The position numbers were made by a program, and so were the translations under genes. The notes beneath the pieces were generated by a model that had not been told where the DNA came from, did no database searches, and worked only from the letters and a program-made list of their open reading frames with translations. Shown here one piece after another: positions 19,182-29,589 of a DNA stretch of 46,227 nt. Origin of the DNA: Acutalibacteraceae bacterium (lineage in GTDB: Bacteria; Bacillota; Clostridia; Oscillospirales; Acutalibacteraceae); contig JAZSAC010000102.1 of NCBI GenBank assembly GCA_045601645.1, positions 1 through 46,227 of the forward strand. The letters run 5' to 3'. How positions within the stretch are numbered: the first letter of the stretch is position 1; each line of letters opens with the position of its first letter.

Positions 19182-19577
19182 TTAAACACGTCTTCTTTTC
19201 GGAGGACGGCAACCATTGTGAGGAATCGGGGTGACATCTTTAATCATGCTTACCTCGAGACCTGCAGACTGAAGCGCACGAATTGCTGCTTCACGTCCGG
19301 CTCCCGGACCCTTGACGTATACTTCAACTGACTTAAGACCATGTTCCATAGCAGCTTTAGCAGCGGTTTCTGCTGCACTTTGTGCTGCGAACGGGGTAGA
19401 TTTTCTTGAACCGCGGAAGCCAAGCTCACCGGCTGAAGCCCAAGAAAGTGCATTACCCTGAACATCGGTGATGGTAACAATAGTATTGTTGAAGGTTGAC
19501 TGAATATGGGCAGCACCGCGTTCAATATTCTTTTTCTCGCGGCGTCTGCGGGTTCCTGTTGACTGTGTTTTAGCCAT
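19182..19577 (-). CDS. rpsK: 30S ribosomal protein S11
   Basis: 131 aa, [18 protein letters not shown]. Confidence 0.95.
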   Translation of the reverse strand: MAKTQSTGTRRRREKKNIERGAAHIQSTFNNTIVTITDVQGNALSWASAGELGFRGSRKSTPFAAQSAAETAAKAAMEHGLKSVEVYVKGPGAGREAAIRALQSAGLEVSMIKDVTPIPHNGCRPPKRRRV

Positions 19578-19595
19578 ATTATTCTTCCTCCCCGC

Positions 19596-19964
19596 TTACT
19601 TCTTCTTGTTAGCGATTGTCTTTTTCGGACCCTTACGAGTACGGGCATTCGTCTTGGAACGCTGTCCTCTTACAGGGAGTCCTTTTTTATGACGTAAACC
19701 GCGGAAGCTACCGATTTCGACAAGTCTTTTAATATCGAAAGCAATTGCTCTACGACGGTCACCTTCAACCTGAAGGTTATGGTCGATATATTCACGTAAT
19801 TTTGAAATATCGTCCTCTGAAAGATCCTTAACTCTTGTATCAGGATTGATACCTGTTTCTTTAAGAATCTGCTTAGATGTTGTAAGACCGATACCGAAAA
19901 TGTATGTGAGACCGATTTCTACTCTCTTGTTATTCGGAAGGTCAACACCAGCTATACGTGCCAT
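19596..19964 (-). CDS. rpsM: 30S ribosomal protein S13
   Basis: 122 aa, [26 protein letters not shown]. Confidence 0.95.
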   Translation of the reverse strand: MARIAGVDLPNNKRVEIGLTYIFGIGLTTSKQILKETGINPDTRVKDLSEDDISKLREYIDHNLQVEGDRRRAIAFDIKRLVEIGSFRGLRHKKGLPVRGQRSKTNARTRKGPKKTIANKKK

Positions 19965-19999
19965 TTATTAATGCACCTCTCATTCTAAAGTTGCGCAGG

Positions 20000-20113
20000 T
20001 TAACCCTGACGCTGTTTGTGCTTAGGATTTTCACAGATAACCATGATTTTTCCCTTGCGCTTAATAATCTTGCATTTGTCGCAAATTTTTTTGACAGAAG
20101 GTCTGACTTTCAT
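20000..20113 (-). CDS. rpmJ: 50S ribosomal protein L36 (zinc C3H form), 37 aa
   Basis: Not in the ORF track. My translation is [45 protein letters not shown] lies upstream. Confidence 0.95.
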   Translation of the reverse strand: MKVRPSVKKICDKCKIIKRKGKIMVICENPKHKQRQG

Positions 20114-20144
20114 CTTGTTTTACCTCCAATATTTCTCGCCTAAC

Positions 20145-20363
20145 TTATTTTGAACGCCAGGTAATGCGTCCTCTTGTCAGGTCGTAGGGTGACATTTCCA
20201 CCGTTACCTTATCTCCGGGAAGAATACGTATAAAGTTCATACGCAACTTGCCTGAAATGTGGGCAAGGATAACGTGTCCTCCCTGAATTTCTACCTTGAA
20301 CATCGCATTTGGCATTGCCTCAACGACTGTTCCTTCCAATTCAATCATATCCTCTTTGGACAT
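20145..20363 (-). CDS. infA: translation initiation factor IF-1
   Basis: 72 aa, [45 protein letters not shown]. Confidence 0.95.
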   Translation of the reverse strand: MSKEDMIELEGTVVEAMPNAMFKVEIQGGHVILAHISGKLRMNFIRILPGDKVTVEMSPYDLTRGRITWRSK

Positions 20364-20621
20364 TCATATCTCTCCCTTTACGTTATTTGCTTTAAAATTG
20401 ACTAAAGCATGTCGTATTGTTCTGTTAGTTTGTAACTGTTCATCGTCCACAACAGAAGACGTTGACGCCAGATGCTTAGAATTCTTTATCTTCGGTTTTT
20501 CTAATGGACGCCGTTTGCCGTCACACACAACAATCTCTCCATTATCAACCGATAAGACAATCATAAAACTTCCTTTGTCTTTTCCCGCTGTTGAGTAAAC
20601 AATTTGCCCTCTTGTAAGCAT
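20364..20621 (-). CDS. small KOW-domain (L14e-like) RNA-binding protein of unknown role
   Basis: 85 aa with the KOW-like segment GQIVYSTAGKDKGSFMIV. It occupies the conserved slot between map and infA. Confidence 0.7.
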   Translation of the reverse strand: MLTRGQIVYSTAGKDKGSFMIVLSVDNGEIVVCDGKRRPLEKPKIKNSKHLASTSSVVDDEQLQTNRTIRHALVNFKANNVKGEI

Positions 20622-20636
20622 CGCTCTCCCCCTGTC

Positions 20637-21386
20637 CTACGCAATAGTCATAATTACAGGACCGTCAGCTGTAATAGCAACGGTATGCTCAAAATGAGCT
20701 GAAAGCGAACCATCAGAAGTCAGTACAGTCCAACCATCAGGCATGACCTTAACATCATAAGAACCGGCGTTAATCATCGGTTCAATTGCAAGTGTCATAC
20801 CCGGTACGAGACGAACTCCTCTGCCGGATACACCGAAATTGGGTACCTCCGGGGCTTCGTGGAGACTCGTGCCTACGCCGTGGCCGACATATTTACGTAC
20901 CACCGAGTAACCGCGAGACTCGACATACTGCTGAACTGCTGCAGATATATCACCGACTCTGTTGCCGGGACAGGCCTGCTTTATTCCTTCATAAAGGCTT
21001 TCGCGTGTCGTGTCCATCAGCCGCTTTGCTTCAGGTGAAACATCACCGCAAGCAAATGTGGCAGCATTGTCGCCGTTATACCCCTCATATTCCGCACCTA
21101 AATCAACGCTTACTATATCACCCGATTTTATGATGCGATTTTTCGCAGGTATGCCATGAATTACCTCGTTGTTTATGGATATACAAGCGGTCGCCGGATA
21201 GCCGTAAAGGCCTTTAAAGTTGGGCTTTGCTCCCTTACTTAAAATGAACTTTTCAGCCAATTTGTCGAGTTCCCATGTGGAAACCCCCGGTTCAACCGCT
21301 TCTCCAACAAGTTTGAGTGCCTGTGCAGAAATAACGCAGGCATTTTTCATAATAGACAGCTCTCTGGCTGTTTTTAAAACTACCAT
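20637..21386 (-). CDS. map: type I methionine aminopeptidase
   Basis: 249 aa with the metal-ligand context VHGIP, DLGAEYEGYNGD, VGHGVG, EPM and HFEHT. Confidence 0.93.
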   Translation of the reverse strand: MVVLKTARELSIMKNACVISAQALKLVGEAVEPGVSTWELDKLAEKFILSKGAKPNFKGLYGYPATACISINNEVIHGIPAKNRIIKSGDIVSVDLGAEYEGYNGDNAATFACGDVSPEAKRLMDTTRESLYEGIKQACPGNRVGDISAAVQQYVESRGYSVVRKYVGHGVGTSLHEAPEVPNFGVSGRGVRLVPGMTLAIEPMINAGSYDVKVMPDGWTVLTSDGSLSAHFEHTVAITADGPVIMTIA

Positions 21387-21388
21387 GA

Positions 21389-22021
21389 TTATATACCTAA
21401 AGCCTTAAAAACAAGCTTGGTAGTCTCATCTACCTTATCCTGACCGGTAACCGATTTAAGTTTCCCGAGATTACGGTAGAAATCCTTTAAAGGCTCAGTT
21501 TGCTCATGATATATTGACAACCGCTCCAGCACCGTTTCTGGTGCATCATCTTTACGTTGAACAAGTATATCGCCACATTCATCACAAACTCCATCCTTAA
21601 CGGGTTTTTTGTGTTTTGTGTGATAACTTGCACCGCATGACTGACATACTCTTCTGCCGGTCATTCTTTCAATAATCACTTCATCATTAACATCAATGTC
21701 GAGTACGCAATCAATGTCAACACCGAGCTCTTGCAATGCCTCAGCCTGAGATATTGTTCTTGGAAAGCCATCAAGTATAAAACCGTTTTTACAGTCTTCC
21801 TTTAATAAACGTTCCTTAATAATGCCTATTACGATATCGTCCGAAACAAGCTTACCGCTTTCAACTGCGGTTTTTGCTTTAAGACCCATTTCTGTTTTGC
21901 TTTTCATAGCCTCACGAATAATATTACCCGTCGATATTGTAGGAATGGATATCTTTTTGCAAATCTTTTCAGCTTGAGTGCCTTTGCCGGCACCGGGCGC
22001 TCCTAAAAGAATTAATTTCAT
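21389..22021 (-). CDS. adk: adenylate kinase (Cys4 zinc lid)
   Basis: MKLILLGAPGAGKGTQA with lid CQSCGASYH...CDECGD. I place the start at ATG 22021. The track's TTG at 22042 is an over-extension into secY. Confidence 0.93.
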   Translation of the reverse strand: MKLILLGAPGAGKGTQAEKICKKISIPTISTGNIIREAMKSKTEMGLKAKTAVESGKLVSDDIVIGIIKERLLKEDCKNGFILDGFPRTISQAEALQELGVDIDCVLDIDVNDEVIIERMTGRRVCQSCGASYHTKHKKPVKDGVCDECGDILVQRKDDAPETVLERLSIYHEQTEPLKDFYRNLGKLKSVTGQDKVDETTKLVFKALGI

Positions 22022-22034
22022 TTCAGCCACCAAA

Positions 22035-23312
22035 TCAATCAAGGAAACCTTTATAATGGCGCATCATCATCTGAGACTCCAAATTATTAACAGTTTCAAG
22101 TGCAACACCAACAATAATGAGTACCGATGTACCACCAACAGAAATACTTGCAAATGCACTGCTGAAGAAAGAGAAAATGATAGGTCCAACAGCAACAACG
22201 CTTAGGCAAAGTGCACCGATTAAGGTTATTCTTGACAAAACCTTCTGTATAAAATCAGAAGTAGGCTGACCGGGACGAATACCCGGAATTGAACCGCTAT
22301 TCTTGCGGAGATTATTTGCCATTTCAACCGGATTGTATTGTATTGTTACATAGAAGTAAGCAAAAGCAATAATCAAACCGAAATACAAAACAGCATATAA
22401 TGGACCTTGAGTACTAAACAAACTCAGCAGCTTATGAAACCAATGTGCATTGTTAGTCCAGAACGACAAAATCATAGTCGGTATCATCAATATCGAACTA
22501 GCAAAAATAATCGGCATAACACCCGACATATTTACCTTTATCGGAATATGTGTGTTTTGACCGCCGTACATTTTACGTCCTACTACACGCTTAGCATATT
22601 GAACAGGCAATCTGCGCTCTGCGTGGGACATCCAGACGATAAATGCGATAACGAGAAGGAATACGACAACGATTGCAACAACAGCAACCTGATAGTCCAT
22701 TTCCCAATAAGCTTTTAAGGCTCTGAAAGCATCGGGACCGCGAGAAATAATACCCGCAAATAACAACATAGAAATGCCGTTTCCGATACCCTTTTCGTCG
22801 ATTTGTTCACCCAACCACATAACAAGTGCTGAACCTGCTGTTAGGCAAAGAACAATAACGAAACCGGCAAACCACATACCACCTGTAGATTTAACATTCA
22901 AAAATCTTGAATTCTTCAAATAAATAAAGAATGCTGTTCCTTGAATTAATCCTAAAATAACGGTTGCATATCTAGTATATTGAGCCATTTTTTTACGGCC
23001 TTCTTCGCCTTCTTTTGACAGCCTTTCAAGGTAAGGTATAGCTACCGATAAAAGCTGCATAATAATTGACGAGTTGATATACGGTGTAACACCCATAGCA
23101 AAAATTGCACCGTATTGAAGACCGCCGCCGGTTAAAATTGAAAGGTAATTAAAGAAGTCATTAGATGCACCCGAATTCGCAAGTGAAGACGGGTCAATAA
23201 ATGGAACCGGTATAACAGAACCAATACGAAATATTACGATAATTAAGAGAGTGAAAAGAATCTTTTTACGAAGGTCAATTATCTTCCATGCATTCTTAAT
23301 TGTCTCTAACAT
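22035..23312 (-). CDS. secY: preprotein translocase subunit SecY
   Basis: 425 aa, 10-TM pattern, in the conserved position after rplO. Confidence 0.95.
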   Translation of the reverse strand: MLETIKNAWKIIDLRKKILFTLLIIVIFRIGSVIPVPFIDPSSLANSGASNDFFNYLSILTGGGLQYGAIFAMGVTPYINSSIIMQLLSVAIPYLERLSKEGEEGRKKMAQYTRYATVILGLIQGTAFFIYLKNSRFLNVKSTGGMWFAGFVIVLCLTAGSALVMWLGEQIDEKGIGNGISMLLFAGIISRGPDAFRALKAYWEMDYQVAVVAIVVVFLLVIAFIVWMSHAERRLPVQYAKRVVGRKMYGGQNTHIPIKVNMSGVMPIIFASSILMIPTMILSFWTNNAHWFHKLLSLFSTQGPLYAVLYFGLIIAFAYFYVTIQYNPVEMANNLRKNSGSIPGIRPGQPTSDFIQKVLSRITLIGALCLSVVAVGPIIFSFFSSAFASISVGGTSVLIIVGVALETVNNLESQMMMRHYKGFLD

Positions 23313-23313
23313 A

Positions 23314-23754
23314 TCAAAGTACCTCGTACTTTCCGCCTGCTGCTACTATCTTATCTTTAGCTGAAGCAGAGAAAGCAGTTGCCTTTACAGTAAGCTTCTT
23401 GGTTATTTCTCCGTTTCCAAGAATCTTAACTCCATCATACTCCTTCTTTATTAGACCTTTTTCGATTAAAGCTGTAGCATCAATAACCGCACCATCATCA
23501 AAAACATCAAGTGCAGAAACATTTATAGCTACAAACTCTTTTGCAAAAATATTGTTAAAACCTCTCTTAGGAACACGTCTTTGAAGTGGCATCTGTCCGC
23601 CTTCAAAACCAAATCTCTGTCCGCGACCTGCACGTGCCTTTTGGCCTTTATGTCCCTTACCGGCAGTTTTTCCATTGCCGGAGCCATGACCTCTACCAAT
23701 GCGCTTGACGTCCTTAGTAGAACCTTCAACCGCCTTAAGCTCATGAATTTTCAT
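23314..23754 (-). CDS. rplO: 50S ribosomal protein L15
   Basis: [39 protein letters not shown] place the start at ATG 23754 (AGGAGG, 8 nt spacing). The track's GTG at 23763 overlaps the SD. Confidence 0.93.
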   Translation of the reverse strand: MKIHELKAVEGSTKDVKRIGRGHGSGNGKTAGKGHKGQKARAGRGQRFGFEGGQMPLQRRVPKRGFNNIFAKEFVAINVSALDVFDDGAVIDATALIEKGLIKKEYDGVKILGNGEITKKLTVKATAFSASAKDKIVAAGGKYEVL

Positions 23755-23772
23755 AGTTCGCACCTCCTTAGT

Positions 23773-23952
23773 TTACGCTTCAGTTACCTCGACGAGGTGG
23801 ATAATTTTTTTGATTTTACCCTTGGTTGCGGCATTATCGGGCTGTATGCTCGAATCACCGATTTTTTTGAGTCCGAGGGCTTTGGCGGTTGCAATTTGGT
23901 CATCCTTGCAACAAATCAAGCTCTTAACAAGCTTTACATTAAGATTAGCCAT
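23773..23952 (-). CDS. rpmD: 50S ribosomal protein L30, 59 aa
   Basis: Not in the ORF track. My translation is MANLNVKLVKSLICCKDDQIATAKALGLKKIGDSSIQPDNAATKGKIKKIIHLVEVTEA. It lies between rpsE and rplO. Confidence 0.9.
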   Translation of the reverse strand: MANLNVKLVKSLICCKDDQIATAKALGLKKIGDSSIQPDNAATKGKIKKIIHLVEVTEA

Positions 23953-23966
23953 TGTTCTCGTCCCCC

Positions 23967-24470
23967 TTAATCTAAGATTTCTTTTACAGACTTTCCACGA
24001 ATCGCTGCAACCTGTTCAGCACTACGAATGGCCTTAAGACCTTCAATAGTAGCTCTAACAACGTTGTATGGATTGTTTGAACGGAGAGCCTTTGCACGAA
24101 TATCAGAAATACCTACAGTTTCAACAACTGCACGTACAGTACCGCCTGCAATAACACCGGTACCGGGAGCAGCAGGTTTAAGAAGAACACTGCCTGCGCC
24201 AAACTTTCCGATTATTTCGTGAGGAATTGTAGTACCCTTAAGAGATACTTTAATAAGATTTTTCTTTGCGTCCTCGATTCCTTTGCGGATAGCATCCGGA
24301 ACTTCACCGGCCTTACCTACGCCGAAACCGACTATACCATTACCGTCACCTACAACTACTAAAGCTGCGAACTTCATAATACGTCCGCCTTTAACAGTTT
24401 TAGATACACGATTAATAGCAACAACTTTTTCTTTTAAATCCAATGTGGATGCGTCAATCATTGTAGCCAA
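23967..24470 (-). CDS. rpsE: 30S ribosomal protein S5
   Basis: 167 aa, [30 protein letters not shown]. Confidence 0.95.
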   Translation of the reverse strand: MATMIDASTLDLKEKVVAINRVSKTVKGGRIMKFAALVVVGDGNGIVGFGVGKAGEVPDAIRKGIEDAKKNLIKVSLKGTTIPHEIIGKFGAGSVLLKPAAPGTGVIAGGTVRAVVETVGISDIRAKALRSNNPYNVVRATIEGLKAIRSAEQVAAIRGKSVKEILD

Positions 24471-24488
24471 AAGTATTTTCCCCCTTCT

Positions 24489-24848
24489 TTAGAACTTGAG
24501 GCCGCCCTCACGGGCTCCTTCGGCCAGCTCTTTGACACGGCCATGATAGATATATCCGCCACGGTCAAACACGCAAACTTCAATACCTTTTTCCGCAGCA
24601 CGAGCGGCAATCAACTGTCCAACTTTACGGGCTTCGTCTTTGTTACCCTTAGTAGCACCAAAATCCTTTTCATTAGAACCGGCTGCTGCAAGTGTAACAC
24701 CGTTTACATCATCAATCAGCTGGGCGTAAATATTGCTGTTGGAGCGGAAAACGTCGAGACGTGGGCATTCAGCAGTTCCACTGATTTTGCTACGAACACG
24801 AGCATGTCTCTTAAGACGAGCCTTATTTGTATCAGGCTTAGAAACCAT
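24489..24848 (-). CDS. rplR: 50S ribosomal protein L18
   Basis: 119 aa, [15 protein letters not shown]...[26 protein letters not shown]. Confidence 0.95.
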   Translation of the reverse strand: MVSKPDTNKARLKRHARVRSKISGTAECPRLDVFRSNSNIYAQLIDDVNGVTLAAAGSNEKDFGATKGNKDEARKVGQLIAARAAEKGIEVCVFDRGGYIYHGRVKELAEGAREGGLKF

Positions 24849-24866
24849 TTTATTTTCTCTCCTTTA

Positions 24867-25415
24867 TTATTTTTTACTGCCCTTACCGGCTTTACCTTCT
24901 TTACGACGGATGTGCTCGTAAGAGTATTTAATACCCTTGCCTTTATACGGCTCAGGCGGGCGCTTTTCGCGAATTTCTGCTGCAATCTGACCGACCTTTT
25001 GCTTGTCTGCACCTGAAACTACAATTGCATTCGCACTTGGAACATCGAAAGTAATTCCTTCCGGCTCTTCAACGATAACCTGATGTGAGAAACCAAGGTT
25101 CATAACAAGATTTTTACCCTGCTTTTGAACACGATAACCTACACCGTTAACCTCAAGTTCCTTTTTAAAACCATTGGTTACACCTATAACCATGTTACTT
25201 ACCAATGTTCTTGTTAAACCGTGTAATGCACGGTCTTCCTTATCATCGGTAGGACGGGTTACGATTATCTCAGAACCTTCAACTTTTACAGACATACGGC
25301 TATTGAAATTCTGTGTAAGTGTAGCTTTAGGACCTTTAACAGTAACTTCTGAGCCGTTAACTTTAACATCTACACCTGTCGGGATTGCGATAGGTTTATT
25401 GCCTATACGTGACAT
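24867..25415 (-). CDS. rplF: 50S ribosomal protein L6
   Basis: 182 aa, MSRIGNKPIAIPTGVDVKVNG. Confidence 0.95.
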   Translation of the reverse strand: MSRIGNKPIAIPTGVDVKVNGSEVTVKGPKATLTQNFNSRMSVKVEGSEIIVTRPTDDKEDRALHGLTRTLVSNMVIGVTNGFKKELEVNGVGYRVQKQGKNLVMNLGFSHQVIVEEPEGITFDVPSANAIVVSGADKQKVGQIAAEIREKRPPEPYKGKGIKYSYEHIRRKEGKAGKGSKK

Positions 25416-25430
25416 TTTACTGTACCTCCC

Positions 25431-25829
25431 TTACCAGATGAAAGCTAAAACTTCGCCGCCAACATTTTCACGACGAGCTTGCTTGTCAGTCATAATACCT
25501 TTTGATGTTGATAGAATTGCAATTCCAAGGCCTTTCATCACCTTGGGCATATCCTCAACATTGCTATAAATACGCAGACCGGGCTTTGATACTCTGCGTA
25601 GACCGGTTATAATCTGCGATTTGTTTGGACCGTACTTAAGTGCAATCCTTATAACTCCCTGCTTTCCGTCATCTTGTACGGTAAAGCCGCTGATGTATCC
25701 CTCATCAAGAAGAATCTGAGCAATTGCCTTCTTAACATTAGATGCAGGGACATCAACCGAGTCATGCTTTGCTGAACTAGCGTTACGAATACGTGTAAGC
25801 ATATCAGCTATTGTATCGGTGATTTGCAT
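25431..25829 (-). CDS. rpsH: 30S ribosomal protein S8
   Basis: 132 aa, [14 protein letters not shown]. Confidence 0.95.
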   Translation of the reverse strand: MQITDTIADMLTRIRNASSAKHDSVDVPASNVKKAIAQILLDEGYISGFTVQDDGKQGVIRIALKYGPNKSQIITGLRRVSKPGLRIYSNVEDMPKVMKGLGIAILSTSKGIMTDKQARRENVGGEVLAFIW

Positions 25830-25857
25830 ACCGTCAACCTCCTTTACGTATTGCTGT

Positions 25858-26043
25858 TTACCAGCTTGCCTTCTTTACTCCGGGAATTTCGCCTTTATAA
25901 GCTAACTCTCTGAAGCAAATTCGGCAGATACCGTACTTACGGAGATAAGCATGGGGGCGACCGCAGATTTTACATCTGGTATATTCTCTAGTAGAAAACT
26001 TAGCCGGTCTTGCCTGCTTGATTTTCATTGATGTCTTAGCCAT
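25858..26043 (-). CDS. rpsN: 30S ribosomal protein S14 type Z (zinc C+ form)
   Basis: 61 aa, [21 protein letters not shown]. Confidence 0.95.
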   Translation of the reverse strand: MAKTSMKIKQARPAKFSTREYTRCKICGRPHAYLRKYGICRICFRELAYKGEIPGVKKASW

Positions 26044-26054
26044 GTTTACACTCC

Positions 26055-26594
26055 TTACTTCGCAAACGGGGCGCCCATCAAGCTTAATAGCTCACGAGCT
26101 TCCTCGTCGGTATTTGCGGTGGTAACAAAAATAATATCCATACCGCGTACCTTGTCGATTTTATCGTAGTCGATTTCAGGGAAAATCAACTGTTCCTTAA
26201 CGCCCATTGCATAATTGCCACGACCGTCAAAAGAGTCAGGGTTAATTCCTCTGAAGTCCCTTACTCGCGGAAGAGCTGTATTGAAGAGTCTATCAACAAA
26301 CTCATACATTTTATCTCCTCTTAAAGTAACCTTGGCACCAATCGGCATACCTTCACGAAGTTTGAAGTTTGCAACCGACTTTCTTGCCTTACAAACAACC
26401 GGATGCTGTCCGGTAATCTGACTGAGGTCGTTTACGATGGCATCGATAATTTTTGCATTATCTCTTGCCTCACCGCAACCTACGTTGATAACAACCTTAT
26501 CGAGCTTCGGAATCTGCATGACGCTCTTGTAGTTGTATTTATTCATCAGCGCAGGGGCGACATTATTTTTATATTCGTCCTTAAGCCTTGCCAT
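26055..26594 (-). CDS. rplE: 50S ribosomal protein L5
   Basis: 179 aa, [12 protein letters not shown]...[15 protein letters not shown]. Confidence 0.95.
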   Translation of the reverse strand: MARLKDEYKNNVAPALMNKYNYKSVMQIPKLDKVVINVGCGEARDNAKIIDAIVNDLSQITGQHPVVCKARKSVANFKLREGMPIGAKVTLRGDKMYEFVDRLFNTALPRVRDFRGINPDSFDGRGNYAMGVKEQLIFPEIDYDKIDKVRGMDIIFVTTANTDEEARELLSLMGAPFAK

Positions 26595-26612
26595 GTCAAT
26601 GCATCCTCCTCA

Positions 26613-26936
26613 TTAGATTGTTTCTCCGCACTTTTTACAGATGCGGTCTTTTTTGCCGTCTTCGTAGATTTTATGACCTACTCTGGTCGGCTTCTTACAT
26701 TTTGGGCAAACAACCTGTACCTTGCAGGCATAGATTGCACTTTCTGCCTCGATTATTCCCGAAGGGTCACCAGCCTTGCGTGGTTTAACATGCTTTTTAA
26801 CCATGTTTAAGCCTTCAACAATAACCTTGCCTTCATTAGGGCTAACCTCGAGCACCTTGCCCTGTTTACCACGATTTTCCGCGTTTCCGGTGAGAATAAC
26901 AACAGTGTCACCGGTTTTGATATTCATTTTACTCAT
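26613..26936 (-). CDS. rplX: 50S ribosomal protein L24 with a C-terminal CxxC...CxxC
   Basis: 107 aa. It has a KOW motif (GDTVVILTGNAENRGKQGKV) and C77-P-K-C80 ... C100-K-K-C103. Confidence 0.93.
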   Translation of the reverse strand: MSKMNIKTGDTVVILTGNAENRGKQGKVLEVSPNEGKVIVEGLNMVKKHVKPRKAGDPSGIIEAESAIYACKVQVVCPKCKKPTRVGHKIYEDGKKDRICKKCGETI

Positions 26937-26951
26937 TGTCGGTGACCTCCA

Positions 26952-27320
26952 TTAAAGAACTTCCGGAGCAAGAGAAAGGATTTTCATATAATCCTTCTCA
27001 CGAAGCTCACGGGCGACAGGCCCAAAAATACGTGTGCCTCTCGGTGTTTTGTCTTCTCTTATAATAACCGCGGCATTTTCATCAAAACGGATATACGAAC
27101 CATCATTACGGCGAAGACCTTTGCAAGAACGTACTACTACGGCCTTAACTACATCGCCTTTTTTGACAGTACCGCCGGGAGCTGCCTTCTTTACAGAAGC
27201 AACTACAACATCGCCAATGTTGGCATACCTCCTGCCGGAGCCGCCAAGTACTCTGATGCACATGATTTCTTTTGCACCGGTATTGTCGGCAACCTTGAGG
27301 TAAGTCTGTTGCTGTATCAC
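26952..27320 (-). CDS. rplN: 50S ribosomal protein L14
   Basis: 122 aa, [27 protein letters not shown]. Confidence 0.95.
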   Translation of the reverse strand: MIQQQTYLKVADNTGAKEIMCIRVLGGSGRRYANIGDVVVASVKKAAPGGTVKKGDVVKAVVVRSCKGLRRNDGSYIRFDENAAVIIREDKTPRGTRIFGPVARELREKDYMKILSLAPEVL

Positions 27321-27339
27321 AGTCTTTTCCTCCTTTAGA

Positions 27340-27597
27340 CTACTTAGCCTTTTCTATGATTTCAACCACACGCCATCTCTTATCTTTAGACATAGGACGT
27401 GTTTCCATAACAAGCACACGGTCGCCGATGCAACATTCGTTGTTTTCATCATGCGCCTTGAACTTTACGGTGTTCTTAATAATCTTCTTGTAGAGTGGGT
27501 GCTTAACATTGTCTTCAATAGCAACTACAACAGTCTTGTCCATCTTGTCGCTGACAACCTTACCGACTCTTGTTTTACGAAGGTGTCTTTCGCTCAT
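27340..27597 (-). CDS. rpsQ: 30S ribosomal protein S17
   Basis: 85 aa, [19 protein letters not shown]. Confidence 0.95.
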   Translation of the reverse strand: MSERHLRKTRVGKVVSDKMDKTVVVAIEDNVKHPLYKKIIKNTVKFKAHDENNECCIGDRVLVMETRPMSKDKRWRVVEIIEKAK

Positions 27598-27618
27598 AGC
27601 TTTCTGCCTCCCTTATAA

Positions 27619-27822
27619 TCAAGAATTGGTGCCGTTTAATTCGATTTCGCGTAAAAGAGTTTTTACTCTTGCGATATCCTTTTTAACGGCTGCAATTCTA
27701 GTAGGGTTATCGAGCTGGTTAATGGCGTTTTGGAAACGAAGGTTGAAAAGCTCTTCTTTTAGCTCTTTTAACTGCTTTTCGAGTTCAACCTGAGTCTTAT
27801 CCCTAAGTTCCTTTACTTTCAT
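27619..27822 (-). CDS. rpmC: 50S ribosomal protein L29
   Basis: 67 aa, [27 protein letters not shown]. Confidence 0.93.
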   Translation of the reverse strand: MKVKELRDKTQVELEKQLKELKEELFNLRFQNAINQLDNPTRIAAVKKDIARVKTLLREIELNGTNS

Positions 27823-28247
27823 TACTGCTCACCACCCATTTCATCTTTAGTAACAAACTTGCATTTGATAGGCAGCTTATTAGCGGCAAGACGCATAGCT
27901 TCACGGGCGACTTCTTCGGATACACCGCCGATTTCAAACATAATTCTGCCTGGTTTAACCACGGCTACCCAATATTCTGGAGAACCTTTACCTGAACCCA
28001 TACGGGTTTCAGCCGGTTTCTCAGTAATAGGTTTGTCGGGGAAAATTTTAATCCATACCTGACCGCCACGTTTAATGTAACGAGTCATAGCGATACGGGC
28101 TGCTTCAATTTGGTTGGAGGTAATCCAAGCCGGCTCGAGAGCCTTGATACCGAAATCGCCATTTGATACGGTATTGCCGCGAAGAGCTTGACCCTTAAGT
28201 CTGCCTCTTTGTACGCGACGATATTTAACACGCTTAGGTAATAGCAT
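27822..28247 (-). CDS. rplP: 50S ribosomal protein L16
   Basis: 141 aa, [19 protein letters not shown]. Confidence 0.95.
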   Translation of the reverse strand: MLLPKRVKYRRVQRGRLKGQALRGNTVSNGDFGIKALEPAWITSNQIEAARIAMTRYIKRGGQVWIKIFPDKPITEKPAETRMGSGKGSPEYWVAVVKPGRIMFEIGGVSEEVAREAMRLAANKLPIKCKFVTKDEMGGEQ

Positions 28248-28918
28248 CAGCGTGTACCTCCTTCCTTACGGGGCTTGCGAGCATCATGGAGAACCTCGCC
28301 GGTATAAATCCAAACCTTAACGCCGATTCGGCCATAGGTTGTGTGTGCCTCAGCAAAGCCATAATCAATGTCCGCTCTGATTGTCTGAAGCGGAATTGTT
28401 CCTTCACGGTAGTTTTCGGAACGGGCAATTTCTGCACCGCCAAGACGACCTGAAACCTGTGTTTTAATACCCTTAACGCCGCAACGCATTGCACGACCTA
28501 AGGAAAGTTTCATTGCACGACGGAAGGATACACGCTTTTCAAGCTGTGCTGCAATACTCTCTGCAACTAATGTTGCGTTAACATCAGGGTTCTTAATTTC
28601 AACAATGTTGATAAGAACATCCTTATCAGTTTTGAGAAGCTTTTTGCACTGTGCTTTAAGCTTTTCAATCTCCTCACCCTTACGGCCGATAACCATACCG
28701 GGCTTAGCACAATGAATGTGGATACGAACACGATTAGCATCGCGCTCAATCTCGATTTTCGGAACTCCTGCCGAATAAAGAGTTTTCTTCAAGTACTTAC
28801 GGAGGTTATAGTCCTCAACTAAAGTATCACCGAAGTCTTTATCCTTGGTGAACCAACGAGAATCCCAGTTTTTAATAATTCCAACACGAAAGCCGTGTGG
28901 ATTTACTTTCTGGCCCAT
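28247..28918 (-). CDS. rpsC: 30S ribosomal protein S3
   Basis: 223 aa, [23 protein letters not shown]. Confidence 0.95.
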   Translation of the reverse strand: MGQKVNPHGFRVGIIKNWDSRWFTKDKDFGDTLVEDYNLRKYLKKTLYSAGVPKIEIERDANRVRIHIHCAKPGMVIGRKGEEIEKLKAQCKKLLKTDKDVLINIVEIKNPDVNATLVAESIAAQLEKRVSFRRAMKLSLGRAMRCGVKGIKTQVSGRLGGAEIARSENYREGTIPLQTIRADIDYGFAEAHTTYGRIGVKVWIYTGEVLHDARKPRKEGGTR

Positions 28919-28933
28919 AACTTAACCTCCTTC

Positions 28934-29272
28934 TTAGTCTTCACGTTCTCTGAGAACCAGAGTAATGTGAGATGTTCTCTTTAATATGCGATGTGCTCTG
29001 CCATGGTCTTTTGCCCTAATTCTTTTTAAAATCGGGCCGGGACCTACATAGCATTCTGCAACATAAAGCTTTGAACTGTCCATTTCATGATTGTTTTCTG
29101 CATTAGCCATTGCTGACTTTAGCAATTTTTCCAAATACTCGCAGGCGGCCTTCGGTGTAAACCTAAGAATAGCCATGGCTTTGTCAGCGTCCTTGTTTCT
29201 AATTAAATCAAGAACAATCTGCACCTTGCGAGGTGATATGCGGGCATATCTAAGTGTTGCCCTTGCTTCCAT
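28934..29272 (-). CDS. rplV: 50S ribosomal protein L22
   Basis: [30 protein letters not shown] 29272 has 9-nt SD spacing. The track start at 29278 has only 3 nt. Confidence 0.92.
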   Translation of the reverse strand: MEARATLRYARISPRKVQIVLDLIRNKDADKAMAILRFTPKAACEYLEKLLKSAMANAENNHEMDSSKLYVAECYVGPGPILKRIRAKDHGRAHRILKRTSHITLVLRERED

Positions 29273-29295
29273 AGTCATACTCTCCTTTCGACCGC

Positions 29296-29568
29296 TTACT
29301 TCGTTGTCTTTGCACCGGCATGACCCTTAAAGGTTCTGGTCGGAGCAAACTCGCCGAATTTATGACCTACCATGTCTTCGGTAACATATACCGGAACATG
29401 TTTTCTGCCGTCATGAACTGCCACCGTATGTCCGACGAAATCGGGGAAAATAGTGGATGAACGGCTCCAAGTCTTTAAAACACGCTTTTCGCCTGCCGCA
29501 TTCATTTCCTGCACTCTTTTTAAAAGCACGGGTTGAATGTAAGGACCTTTTTTAACGCTTCTTCCCAT
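29296..29568 (-). CDS. rpsS: 30S ribosomal protein S19
   Basis: 90 aa, [12 protein letters not shown]...[27 protein letters not shown]. Confidence 0.95.
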   Translation of the reverse strand: MGRSVKKGPYIQPVLLKRVQEMNAAGEKRVLKTWSRSSTIFPDFVGHTVAVHDGRKHVPVYVTEDMVGHKFGEFAPTRTFKGHAGAKTTK

Positions 29569-29589
29569 TGTTTTTTCTCCTTTCGCCGA

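Noticed and set aside
24543-25016. Long antisense ORFs inside ribosomal and pyr genes. Examples are 24543-25016, 25174-25569, 26403-26810, 29533-29892, 34285-34737 and 23581-23970 on the plus strand, and the frame-shifted 19250-19648 on the minus strand.
   Set aside because: These are typical shadow ORFs caused by the codon bias of highly expressed genes. They have no SD, show low-complexity or odd composition, and fully overlap well-supported genes.
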